From the NCBI GenBank assembly GCA_963695555.1, contig CAVOGR010000007.1, forward strand, positions 704,001 to 768,000: a DNA stretch of 64,000 bases, read 5' to 3'. Positions 1 to 11,842 of the stretch are shown in pieces. Within the stretch, counting starts at the first letter, position 1. Each line of letters starts with the position of its first letter. Under the pieces are notes generated by a model. That model was not told the origin of the DNA. It saw only the letters and a list, made by a program, of their open reading frames with translations, and did no database searches. A program made the translations under genes and the position numbers. The DNA comes from an uncultured Gemmatimonadales bacterium. Lineage in GTDB: Bacteria; Gemmatimonadota; Gemmatimonadetes; Gemmatimonadales; GWC2-71-9.

Positions 1-855
1 AAACTTCACGGCCGCGTTGGGATGGTCTTCCCCGCCCATGGCGACGACGTGGTTGTGGAGACCGCGCGACTTGGTCGCGGTCGACGTCAGGGACACGAAC
101 CGATTGCCACGGTTGATGTCGAGCCAGTTCCCGACCGGTCCGACGCCGTGGGTTGGGTAGAGATCGCCGTTGCGACGGATCGAGTGCTCGGTGCGCCACC
201 GCGCTTCCCCGTTCGATCCGGGCCCGAACTCGGCGCCGGGCTGGAATTTGATGGCGCGGAGGTCGTGCTGATAGCCCGAGTGGCAGTGCATCAGCTCGCC
301 GAACATGCCTTGGCGCACCATGTGCAGGATGGCCAGCACATCGCGCCGATAGCACACGTTTTCCAGCATCTGGAACGGCGTGCCGGTCTGCTCGTGCGTC
401 TGCACCAACTCCCAGCAATCCTCGACCGTCACCGCGGCAGGCACCTCGACCGCCGTCGCTTTGCCCGCTTTCATGGCTGCCACCGACATCGGCACATGCC
501 AGAGCCACGGCGTTGCGATAATCACGGCATCGACATCGCTCCGCGCCACCAGATTCCGGAAGTCTTCCTCTCCATTCCCACATGTGGCGGGCTCGCGGCC
601 ACGCGCGTCGCGGACGAGCGCTTTGCCGTTCTCCAACGCCGCCCGGTCGATGTCGCACACCGCCGTGACTTCGATATCGTCTCGGCGAAGCGCGAGCCGC
701 AGGAGTCCCGTGCCCCTGCCACCTACGCCGATGAAGCCGAGCCGTAGTTTGGCGTCCGGCTGGCGACCAAACACGAGGTGGGGCTGGAATCCGGCCAGGC
801 CAGCGACGGCTCCGGCCGTCCCTTTCACGAAATCACGGCGATCGATCGGCGGCAT
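1..855 (-). CDS. Tat-exported GH109-family (Gfo/Idh/MocA, NAD-dependent) alpha-N-acetylgalactosaminidase-like glycosidase; C-terminus runs off the window
   Basis: Not in the ORF track; translated by hand from ATG at 855, with a GGAG RBS upstream. MPPIDRRDFVKG (twin-Arg signal), LRLGFIGVGGRG (Rossmann fold), ATPWLWHVPM, EVPAA, LENVCYRRD, YQHDLR, RRNGDLYPTHG are typical GH109 motifs. Confidence 0.88.
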   Translation of the reverse strand, partial: MPPIDRRDFVKGTAGAVAGLAGFQPHLVFGRQPDAKLRLGFIGVGGRGTGLLRLALRRDDIEVTAVCDIDRAALENGKALVRDARGREPATCGNGEEDFRNLVARSDVDAVIIATPWLWHVPMSVAAMKAGKATAVEVPAAVTVEDCWELVQTHEQTGTPFQMLENVCYRRDVLAILHMVRQGMFGELMHCHSGYQHDLRAIKFQPGAEFGPGSNGEARWRTEHSIRRNGDLYPTHGVGPVGNWLDINRGNRFVSLTSTATKSRGLHNHVVAMGGEDHPNAAVKF

Positions 856-1117
856 GACGGCTCCTTTCCAGTGGGTTCACCGCACGGTGTGCCTCCCAAG
901 AGGCTATCCGGGCGTCGGCGCGCACAGTGAGAGAATCCGAGGATGGCACAGCGGCGGCGATCTGCGCGGTCGCGGTGGGCGAGAATTTCCGAAAGCTGAG
1001 CGATGATTTCAAGCATGTGGGGGCAAGATGTGGCGGACGGAATAGTAGCGCCACCAGGGCACGCGATGTACTTGATGGAGATCTCACCCGTCCCGCTGAC
1101 GCCGAGTCCTGGAGCGC

Positions 1118-4100
1118 CTATCCGAGCACGACCTGGACCAGGTGTTCGAGGCCGTCGTCGGACAGCGGGAACGGGCGCGTCTGCCGGAAGCCCGGTTCCG
1201 TCGAGACGGACGCTGGATACTCCTCGACACACGGCGTTCGGATTCTCGACCTCAATCCGATAGCGCGCAGTGCCGTGGCGGTAGACGATCTCGAAGCGTT
1301 TCCATTTTCGAGGTATGCATGGATCGATGCGGATGGCGGAGCCGCGCTTGTGGAATCCGAGGATCGACTCCAAGCCCGCCCGGTAGAGCCAAGCCGCGGC
1401 CCCGGTGTACCACGTCCATCCTCCGCGTCCCACGTGGGCGGGTGCGGAGTAGATATCCGCGGCGACGACGTAGGGCTCCACCTTGTAGCGGTGAAGCGCT
1501 CGCACGACGACTCGCATGGTGAATCGGGTTCAGCAGGTTGAAGAGATCGAAGCTCTTGTCCCCTTCGCCAAGCTGAGCAAACGCCATGACCGACCAGATG
1601 GCGGCATGGGTATACTGCCCACCGTTTTCCCGAATGCCGGGTGGGTATCCCTTGATGTATCCTGGGTCCCGCTCTGTCTCGTCGAACGGCGGGGAGAGGA
1701 GCAGCAGCAGCTGGTCCTCCTGACGGACCAGCCGGCGTGCAACGGAGTCCATGGCTTGGCGCGCGCGCGCCTCATCCCCAGCGCCGGAGAGGACCGCCCA
1801 GGACTGCGCGATCGAGTCGATCTGGCACTCGTCGTTCTGAGCCGATCCGAGCGGCGTCCCGTCATCGAAGAACGCGCGCTGTACCACTCCCCGTCCCATG
1901 CTTCCCGGTCCAGTGCGGTCGCAAGTGATGCGGCCGCCTTCCGCCATTCGTGCTGCACGCTTCTCTTCCTGTCGGCGGTCGGCGATCCCGGCGAACCGCT
2001 CAGGTTGGCATGGAGAAACCAACCCAGCCACACGCTTTCTCCGCGCCCCTCTCGGCCGACCCGGTTCATCCCGTCGTTCCAGTCGCCTCCACCGATCAGC
2101 GGGAGACCATGGCTGCCCATCCCGAGACTCCGGTCCAGGGCGCGCGCACAATGCTCGTACAGTGTCGCTCGCTCATCGGATGCCTTGGGTTCGAAGTACG
2201 CCTCGTGTTCGTGCGCCTCGAGGAGCCGGCCCCTCGAGCCAGGGGACCATTTCGTCCAGCACCGCCCAGTCCTCGGTCACCGTCAGGTAGTGCGCCACGA
2301 CATAGGGCAGCCATAGGCGGTCGTCGGAGATTCGTGTCCGGACGCCACGGCCCGTCGGCGGATGCCACCAGTGCTGGACGTCTCCTTCGGGAAACTGGCG
2401 AGCAGCGGCCCGGAGGATGTGCTCGCGGGCAATGTCGGGCCGCGCGACCAACAGCGCCAGGACGTCCTGCAGCTGGTCGCGGAATCCGTACGCCCCGCCG
2501 GACTGATAGAAGGCGGACCGGGACCAGAGGCGACAGGACAGCGTCTGGTAGAGGAGCCAGCGATTGAGCAGCAGATCCATCGACGCGTCCGGCGTCTTGA
2601 CCTGTACCGTGCCGAGCACCGTGTCCCAGTGGTCCTGGACCTCGCGGAGGAGCGCGTCGCCATCCTTCTTGCGATACCGTTGCACCAGCGTTCGTGCCTG
2701 CTCGGGGCTGTCCCCCTGCCCCAGCAGGAACAGCACCTCGGTGCGCTCGCCCGGCTCGAGTTCCACCTCCGTCTGGAGCGCGGCGCAGGGGTCCAAGGTC
2801 GCGCCGGTCTTGCCCGACAACTCGGCACCCCGCTCGAGCGACGCCGGGTGGTCGAGGCTCGCATTGCGTCCCAGGAACTCGAGCCGGTCGCTGGTCCACG
2901 ATGTCTGGCGCCCACCGAGATCGGCGAAGGCGACCCGGTTCGCGAACTCACCGTTCCAGGCGTTGCGCGCAAACGTGGCCTGGGTCACGGGATCGACTTC
3001 GGTGACCACGTAAGGCGCGGCGGCGCTGCGCGTCACCCCCAGGACCCACTCCACATAGGCGGTGACGGAAAGGCGCCGTTTGTGGTCGGATCGGTTCACC
3101 AACGTCAGGCGCGAAATCTTGACAGGGTCGTGTGGCGGCACGAACTGCAGTAGGTCCAGCGCGATGCCGTGGGAGAGATGCTCGAAGCGACTGTACCCCT
3201 GCCCGTGGCGGATGATGTACGGCCAGGCGTCTTCGCGGATTGGCAGGCATGTCGGTCCCCACATCACGCCACTGTCCAGGTCGCGTACGTAGAACACTTC
3301 GCCCGGAGTGTCGCTGACCGGATCGTTCGACCAGGGCGTGAGCTTGTTCTCGCGGCTGTTGACGGACCACGTATAGCCGGAGCCCGTCTCGGACACCTGA
3401 AACCCGAACGCCGGGTTTGCCACGACATTGATCCAGGGAGCCGGCGTCCATTGTCCTCCGCCCAGCACCGTGACGTATTCGCGGCCGTCCTCGGTAAACC
3501 CTCCGAGGCCGTTGAAGAATTCCAGATTCAGCGCTGGAGAGGAAACCGGTTTTGCGACCTCGCGCTGGGAGCGGAGCCGTGGCGGGACTGGTCCGGGCCT
3601 CAAGCGCCCCAGCCGGATCACTTGCTCGGATAGCGTACCCCGATTCGCCAGGATCAACACGCGCGCCGCCGAGCGCAGCAGAATGAGGTCCTCTGCCGGC
3701 AGCAGGTCCTCCCGGAGCACGAACACCCCTCCTCGCCTTTCGTCCTTCTCACGGCCGACCGCCTTGGCTCGCACCATGGCTTCGAAGAATTCCTGAAGAC
3801 CCGATGCATAGGAGGCGCCTTTCGCATTGAGGATCACCAGGTCGGCGGAGATCCCCTTCAGGCGCCAGTATTCGTGCGCCCGCACCAGTTGCCTCGCCAC
3901 ATCCCGCTCTTCATCCTGCTCGACACGCACGACGGCAATCGGGAGGTCGCCGGAGATGCCGTAGGCCCAGAGCCCAGACGCCCCTCGGCGGTTGGCGATC
4001 AGATCCTGTGGCGCCGTGCGCAACGTGCGATCGTCGTACAGCATCCGATTGGCCAGACGCTGGAACAGATGCGCCTCGTCCTGGGTGGTCTGGAGGTGGT

Positions 4101-7100
4101 GCAGCTGGACCTGGGCGTACATCCAGGCGAGTGAGCTCTCCCGCTCGAACGTGTCCTTCTGGCGGTATTTCTCCGCGAGGTCGAGGGCTTCCTCCCGGGA
4201 CGGCGCCACCAGGGTAGTGAACACGAGACGGGCCGTCCCGCCCGCTGGGATCGCCACCCGATACCGGAGGCTCACGATCGGATCGAGAACCGTCCCGGCC
4301 GTGTTTGTGAGCGGTTTGCCCTCGATCACCGAGAGCGGTGCACGTATTCCGCGGCCCCGGCCCAGAAAGGCGGCGCGGTCGGTCTCGTATTCGCACGAGC
4401 CGACGATCTCCCCGTCGACGGCGGCAAGATGGGCCAGCCAGACCTGCGGCTCCGACGTCGATCGTGGGCGCCGGGTTGCCAACAGTGTCTGGAGCCCGGG
4501 AACGAATTCGGTCTCGACAAAGAGGTTGGAGAACGTCGGGTGGGCCTGGTCGGCGGCTTGCGAGGCCAGCACCACCTCCGCATAGGACGTGATGTCGATC
4601 TCGCGATCACGATTCTCCAGATTGGTCACCGTCAGCTGCCGGAGCTCGGCGTCGTCCTCCGGCGAGACGACGATCTCGAGCGTGGTTGACCGTGATCGAT
4701 TGCGCTGCATGATCTTGGCCCGGTCTTCGGCATAGACGACGCCATACTTGGCCGCCTCGGTTCCGCTCGGCTGAAACCCGGCAGACCAGACTTCACCGGT
4801 CTTGGCGTCCCGCAAGAACAGGAACGTGCCCCAGCAGTCACGGGTCGAATCCTCCCGCCATCGTGTCACGGCAAGGTCGCGCCATCGACTGAACCCGGAG
4901 CCCGCTGCCGTGACCATGACCACGTACCGACCGTTCGACAGGACATGGGTGCGCGGCGAAATGTCATGGGGAGATTCGAACCGCCGCAGGGTCGGTGGAA
5001 TGGTGTCGCGAACGTGGGCGGCCATCTGCACTTCCTCGCCCCGGGGCCGCGTCACGCCCACCGCCCGCGGCGTGCGCTCCTGGAGGAGCAGCTCCGCCGC
5101 CTGGATCATCGGATGCGCGTGGAAGCGTCTCCGTGTGAGGCCGTTGTGAACGACGTTGCCCAGCGAGACGATCGTCATCCCCTGATGGTGGGCCATGTAG
5201 GCCCGCACCACGGCCACCTTTGCCTTTTCAGGAAGCCGCGACGGGGTGAAATCCAACGCTTCATAGAAGCCGTAGGTGCCGTCGGCGTGGTTCTCTTCGA
5301 GACGAGCGACGTTGTCGAGGGCGGCCCTGGGTTCCACCATGGCCGCGAGCGCGGTCGCGTAGGGGGCCACCACGACGTCCTCGAAGAGCCCGCGCTTGAG
5401 CCCCAGGCCAGGGACGCCGAAATCCGAATATTGATAGGTGAGTTCGAGGTTGCGCACGTTGTAGGCCGACTCGGAGACCCCCCAGGGGACCCCTCGTTCC
5501 GCGCCATACCGGACCTGGCGTCCAACGACGAGACGGCACGTGAGATCGAGCAGGCTGTGGGCAGGCTGCTCCATCACGAGAAGCGGCATCAAGTATTCGA
5601 ACATCGATCCAGACCAGGACACGAGCGCCGCGCCACGCCCAACCGGTGTGAGGGCCCGACCGAGGAGGAACCAGTGCCGTGGCGAGACATCGCCCTTGGC
5701 GATGGCCAGGAAACTCGCCAGCCTCGCTTCCGAGGCCAGGAGGTCGTAGCAGCTCGGGTCGAGGGTGTTGTCGGCCACCCGGAAGCCGATCGAGAACAGC
5801 TGACGCGAGGGGTCGAAGAGGAAGCGGAAGTCCATCGACCAGGCCATCTGTTCCGCCTGGAGTGCCAGAGCGGAGAGGCGGTGCTGAAGCGCAAGTGCCA
5901 CTGTTCCGGCCCCATCGGAATCCTCACGACGGATCAACTCGAGATCGCGCGCATGACTCTGGACCGTGTCTCGGATGGCAGTTGCCCACGTGAGAATCTC
6001 CGAATGGTCTCCGTTCTCGAGATCAGCGGAAAGCGTGCTGGCAATGTCCCAGAGGTTCTCCGCTCGGGACTCGAGCGCCTCGAATCGATGCTCCCATTCT
6101 GCGAGCGACGTCGGAGTGTTCTCCAGGACGGCTGTCATCGCGCTCAGCGCCTCGCGCATCTGTAGCGCCGTGACCGTTTCCGACCGCGGGCGGAACGTGG
6201 TCTTCGCCACCGCATCGAGTACCGGCTGCAGCGCGTCGCGAATCCCATCCAGCACCTGTGGGCCTAGCACCGGTCGACCCGTGAGCTGGCGACACCCTTG
6301 AGACAGCGCGATCAGATGCCCAGCCAGGTTCCCACTATCGACGGTGGAGATATAGAGCGGGTCGAGCGGCCGGAGATCTCTGGTGTCGTACCAGTTGACG
6401 AAATGACCGTGAAACCGGCGCAGGGTGGTCATGGTCCCCAACGTGGCTTCGAGACGGTGGGTCATGTCCGAGATCCCGATCCAGCCGAAGTCATGGGCAA
6501 CCATCGTGCTTAGGAGATACAACCCCATGTTCGATGGCGAGGTCCGGTGCGCGACGACCGGTTCGGGATCCTCTTGGAAGTTGTCCGGCGGGAGAAAGTG
6601 CTCCTTGTCATTCACGAACGTCTCGAAAAAGCGCCAGGTCCGTCTTGCGATGAGGCGCAAGGAGCGCTCCTGCCTCGGCGACAAGCGAAGCGTGTCCGCA
6701 GGCTTCGCTGGAACGCTGAGCCGCCAGGCGAGAACCGGCGATAGGGCCCAGAGAAGAATTAAGGGTCCGGCTACTGGCCACGCGCCCGGCTTGAGAATGC
6801 CGACGAGTACTCCGACGCCCAAGGCGAGAACAACGGCCCAGCGAAGGTGCGAATAGAAGGCGCGGAGCCTCGGGTCGGCGCCGTACCCAACCTGTGCCGC
6901 CGGGACCCATTCGAGGAGATTTCGCTGCGTGACATAAAGCCGGCCAAGCGTGCGCAGAACGGCATCGGTCATGTACCGCGCCTGGTGGGCCAGCACCGTG
7001 ATGGCGAGCAGCATCCGCAGCGCGGCAACCTGGATATCGCCGCCAGTGGCGCGCAAATGGCTGCGTTTGGAATACCCTGGCCGACGAGGGATCAAGCCGT

Positions 7101-9754
7101 CGAGCACCGGCATGAACGCGGGCACTGCGATGGCTGCGATGATCAGGCTCGTCCACAAGAGCGGTGAGACGGCGGGCAATGTCCAGGCGGCGACGGCAAG
7201 CAGAAACGACGCAGGCGCGAAGAGGCTTCGGCGCAGGTTGTCCAGCATCCTCCAGCGGCCGTGTGCCGGAATGCGCGCTGGCCGCTTCTGCCCCGCGGCG
7301 TTGCGCGAACGACCGAGTATCCAGGGAAGGAGCTGCCAGTCGCCGCGCACCCACCGATGGTTTCGGCGGACGGCTACCTCGTAATTAGCTGGAAACTCTT
7401 CGAATAACTCGATGTCGGTCACCAGCCCCGCGCGCGCGAAGATCCCCTCGAAGAGATCGTGACTGAGTAGCGCATTCTCCGGAACCCGCCACGCGAGCGC
7501 CGCCTCGAACGCATCGACGTCGTAGATCCCCTTCCCCGTGTAGGAGCCCTCGCCGAACAAGTCCTGATACACGTCGGAGACCGCACCCGCGTAGGGGTCC
7601 ACCCCTCCTGGGCCCGACACGATCCGCTGATACGTCGTGCTCTCAGGCCCCGTCGGCAGTGACGGAACGATCCGTGGCTGGAGGATTCCGTACCCCTCGA
7701 CAACCCGCCCCATTTCGGCGTCAAAGCGCGGTTGGTTCAACGGGTGAGCCATTGCCCCGACGAGGCGGTAGGCAGCCGCCTTTGGAAGCCGCGTGTCGGC
7801 ATCCAAGGTGATGACGTAGCGGACACCATCGGGCACGGTGGGTGGTTTGCCGTTGATCGGAATGAACGTGGTGTCCGTAGCGCCCCGAAGGAGCCGATTC
7901 AGTTCGTGCAGCTTCCCTCGCTTCCGTTCCCAGCCGATCCACTTGCCTTCTTTCTCGTTCCAGAGGCGCCGGCGATGCAACACCATGAACCGCTCCCCTC
8001 CACCGGGCGGGCTGCCGTATTGCTCGTTGAGACGCGCGATCTCGTCCGCCAGCTCGGAGAGGAGATCTTCGTCGCCCGGCTCGTGTTCGTGAGCGGCGTC
8101 TTTCCAGTCAGTTAGGAGCGCGAAGTGGAGATGCCCATCGGGATTCGCCAAGAAGTGGACCTGGAGCCGTTCGACGGACTCCTCGACATCCGCGTGGCTC
8201 CCGAGCAGCGTGGGCACGACGACCATGGTTCGAAGCTCCGCAGGCACGCCGCGCACCAATTCGAGCTTCGAGAGCAGCCGCGGGGGAACGACGTCAGTGA
8301 CCAGGCGGTGGATGAGGGACACGACGATATCTGAGGCCGGCACGAGGGCGAGGATCCCGAGAAGCACGAGGATCGGCAGGCCGACACCCGCGCCCCACGT
8401 CACGTACAGAGGGCCGGCGAGAACAACCGCAGTCAGAAGCGCAATCAGTCCGAAATAGCCGGACGTCGCATGGGCGCGCCACGCGCGTCGGACCCGGACT
8501 CGCCACGGGACGCGAAAGCCCAGCCGACTCTCGAAAGCAAACCGGCCACGAGACACGAGATGATACCCCGGGTCCTCCTCCGGGCGTTTGACAATGGCGA
8601 GGAGGCCTGACTGGTTCGCCAGTCGGACGGCCTCCAGTTCGGTGGGACTTGTCCGCGATGCGGTCTCAGGGGGGTCCTGCGCTGCGTCGCGCGCGAGCCG
8701 GACAGCTTCGCGGGCAACCTCCAGTTCCGATCTACTCGAGCCGCGGGACAATTCCTCGACCGCCGCCCGATACTTGTCTCGGGTGCGGAAATCCATGGCC
8801 GCGAACCCGGGGACGGATCGAAAGACCTCGTCCACCAGGCTGACGCTTTCGAAGAACCCCGGCCAGTCGATGGACGACAGCCACCGCATGCTGGTGATAA
8901 TGTTCCGCACGGTGATGTTTGCTGCGGCTTGGGCCTGATGGGCCTCGGCGACCACTTCGTTGGGGGACGTCCCCTGTGCAGCCAGGTTCGCATCGAGCCA
9001 GTCGAGGGCCGGCATGAGCGAAGGTGGCTGATCACGAAGCCGCTGCACGAGTTGCACGGCGAACGCGCTGTCGAGGGGAGCGTTGCCGAGCGATTCCAGA
9101 CACGTCATCCATGCCCTCCGCAGCATGATCGCTGAGACCCAAGAGGCGATCCGCAACATCGTCCCCTCGCGCGCGCGCCTCGCGAGCGGGAATGATCAGA
9201 TCCGACAACCGCCGCAGATTCTCAACGAGGGCCACTCGCAGATGGATGGCGACTGCCCAGAGTTCGCCGATGCCGAGCGGCTGGATCCGCTGGTAGGCCC
9301 GCACGAACGCCTGGAGTGTCTCGAGGTCGAATCGACTGTCGGTGTGCGCCACATACGCCCAGGCCAGCCCAAAGACGCGCGGGTACCCGCCGAGGTGGTG
9401 GCCCTCGGCTATCTTCGGTAGGAGTTTGTAAAAGCTGCGCGGGAGATGATCCCGGATTTCCCGGAGTTGCCCGTCCACCACGTGGAAGTTGTCGAGGAGC
9501 CACTCCTCGGCTTGGGTAATCTGACTCTTCTGTCGCACCGCCTCGACGATGTTCCGGTACCCGGCGAGAAGCACCTTCCCATTCTCGCGGACGCGGTAGA
9601 GGAGCTGGCGTCCCGGTGCGCGTCCCTCAGCGGTGAGTTGGGCAGCGGCCAGGCTCTCGGCGTGCTGCTCGAGCCGTTCGATGCCGAACACCTCGGCGCG
9701 GATCGGCTGGTGCTCTCGGGAAGGAGCTGCGACCAGGACGTCCAGGGTGTTCAA
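1118..9754 (-). pseudogene. ndvB: Cyclic beta-1,2-glucan synthase (Cgs/NdvB/ChvB; glycosyltransferase + GH94 phosphorylase domains), frameshifted (pseudogene or consensus errors)
   Basis: ORF pieces 9032..9754, 2173..9159, 1530..2120, 1252..2151 and 825..1517 join into one protein. Motifs: WLLDNFH, GWERKRGKL, TLDADT, LLSHDLFEG, RWVRGDWQL, YDLLASEARL, PWGVSES, YQSGGAYGFRDQLQD, GDWNDGMN, ENGGQYTH, GRGGWTWYTG. True C-terminus LSDDGLEHLVQVVLG* ends at 1118. Indels near 9100, 2228, 2000, 1948, 1879, 1499 and 1167. Confidence 0.85.
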
Positions 9755-10203
9755 TTCGAGCTCCGTATCGCGGCTGCCAAACGTGTGCGCTTGATCAAAG
9801 AGTCGTGACCCCCTTCCTGCAGCCGAAGCCGGGCTACAGACTTTCGCTGGAACAACTCGTGCCGGCCTCGAGGAGGGCCACCCCGATTGGTCTCAGCCAC
9901 CCCGCCCCGAAATGGTTCTCGGACCGCCTGGTCAACATACCCAGGGTCGCCAGCCGGTGGCATTGCGTGCTCGAGAGGGCTCGCGGGGACGGGGAACGTC
10001 CTGGTTGGCTGCAACTCCACGCGCATTCTGAGAATCTGTAGCGGCAGTGGCCCAACGCCTGCCGTTCTGACAGCCCGATGGGCCCTGCTGGGCGGGCCGG
10101 TGGTTGGCCCCTCGTCTGGACTGAACAGGAACGAAGCTTGCTCTTGTTACGTACAGATTAAGAACGACGCCGTCAAATCAATCTGCGAGAGAATGGGAGT
10201 TTC

Positions 10204-11781
10204 ATGAGCGCCAGGCTGCAGTCGCCCGCCGCCCCGAACCTCGGCTTTGCACGGCCTTCGCGGCCCTGGGCAGGGGGTGCGGCTGCAATGGCGTTGGCAC
10301 TCCTCGCGCTGGCCCCCCGGGTCGGGTGGACCACGCCCAGCCCACCGGCGGCCGACCTGGAAGCCAGACTCAAGCGCTGGTTCGCCGAGGCGTCACGCAT
10401 AGCGCCCGGGGAATGGGGTGTTGCGGTCGCGGCCGAGGACGGGCGCATCCTCTGGAGCGTGCGGCCCGATCAGGCGCTGATTCCGGCATCCGCCGTCAAG
10501 CTCTTCACCACCGGATTTGCCCGGACCGTGCTCGGGGCCGATGCCCGCCGCTCAACCAGGATCCTCGGCAACGGGTATGTCGATCCCGCGTCCGGGGACT
10601 GGGTCGGCCGCTGGGCGATCGAGGTGAACGGAGACCCGTCGCTCGAGCGGTCGAAGAGTGGCGGCACCAAGCTGCTCTCCCTAGCCCAACAGCTCGCGGC
10701 CCTTGGGGTGCGCCGATTGACCGGACCGTTCGAGGTGCAGAGCGCCGCGGGGCCGGCCGAAGCGTGGTTTCCGGCCCAGTGGTCGGAGCGCCACCGAGGC
10801 CGGCTCTTCGCCCCGCTGATCGGCCCACTCACCGTGCACGAAAACGTGGTGCGTTTCACCATCCGGCCGGGCAGCGCGGTTGGGCGGCGCGCCCGCCTCG
10901 CCACGGTGTCACCCGACGGCATCGAGCGTCTCGTCGCGGTACACGCGACGACGTCCTCCGGGCGGCGATCTCGCCTCAGGGTCCGGCCGGCGCCGGGCGG
11001 AGGCTGGGTGGTAACGGGCCAGATTGGGGAGCGCTCGCGTGGCCGCTCCATCAGTGTCACCGCCGTCGAGCCGCGCCTGGTACTCGAGGCGGTCTGGGAG
11101 GCGGCAATTCGAGAAGTTGGCATCGAATGGGACCGGGAACCGCGCAATGCTCTGGACCAAGCTGCTGCGCCAGACGGGGTGCTGGCCGAGGTGCTGTCAC
11201 CATCGCTCGACTCGATCGCGAGCGACATCAACCTGCGAAGCCACAATCTCGGCGCGGAGCTGCTGCTCCAGTGGGCCGCAGGTCCGAGCTATGGGCCGGA
11301 ACTCCTCACCCAACACGTCCAATTCATCACGGGCCAACTCGATGGAGTGCGGCTGGTCGATGGCAGCGGCCTCTCCAGCAACGACCGGGTAGCTCCGCGC
11401 ATTTTTGTGTCCTACATGGCCCGTCTCCCGCAAACGGAGCACGGCAAGAACTTCCCGCTGTTATTCCCCGCCAATGGTACCGGCACCCTCAAGCCGCTCC
11501 GGGGCGACCTTCCGGCTGAAGGAGTATTCCGCGCCAAGACGGGTACGTTGCGTAACGTCTCGACCGTCGTGGGATATCTCGGTCGCCCCGACGGCGTCTT
11601 ACTCCTCTCCCTCATGTACAACGGATCGCGGCCGTCCTCCGCTCGTCGCGCCCAGTGGCAGCTGGTGCGGGAACTCGGGGCCGACGGCATCGCGGTACCG
11701 GCCGAGTGGGAGGAACAGGAATCGCCCCAGTATGGTGGCCAGGGCAGCGAGTGGACCGAACGCCTGAACCACATTTTCTAA
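10204..11781 (+). CDS. dacB: D-alanyl-D-alanine carboxypeptidase/endopeptidase (PBP4, peptidase S13)
   Basis: PASAVKL (SxxK), RSHNL (SxN), DGSGLS, AKTGTL (KTG); hydrophobic N-terminal segment. Confidence 0.9.
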   Translation: MSARLQSPAAPNLGFARPSRPWAGGAAAMALALLALAPRVGWTTPSPPAADLEARLKRWFAEASRIAPGEWGVAVAAEDGRILWSVRPDQALIPASAVKLFTTGFARTVLGADARRSTRILGNGYVDPASGDWVGRWAIEVNGDPSLERSKSGGTKLLSLAQQLAALGVRRLTGPFEVQSAAGPAEAWFPAQWSERHRGRLFAPLIGPLTVHENVVRFTIRPGSAVGRRARLATVSPDGIERLVAVHATTSSGRRSRLRVRPAPGGGWVVTGQIGERSRGRSISVTAVEPRLVLEAVWEAAIREVGIEWDREPRNALDQAAAPDGVLAEVLSPSLDSIASDINLRSHNLGAELLLQWAAGPSYGPELLTQHVQFITGQLDGVRLVDGSGLSSNDRVAPRIFVSYMARLPQTEHGKNFPLLFPANGTGTLKPLRGDLPAEGVFRAKTGTLRNVSTVVGYLGRPDGVLLLSLMYNGSRPSSARRAQWQLVRELGADGIAVPAEWEEQESPQYGGQGSEWTERLNHIF

Positions 11782-11842
11782 GCCACATACCTCGAATACA
11801 AAGTAGATGGCCCAATCCCTCCGCTGCTCATCGGAGGTGGTT

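Noticed and set aside
856..1117. Intergenic region between GH109 and the glucan synthase end
   Set aside because: No repeat, RNA motif or credible ORF recognised.
9755..10203. 450-bp intergenic region as a possible riboswitch, sRNA or small ORFs
   Set aside because: No recognisable RNA family, and the short ORFs lack convincing coding features. An Infernal/Rfam scan would be needed.
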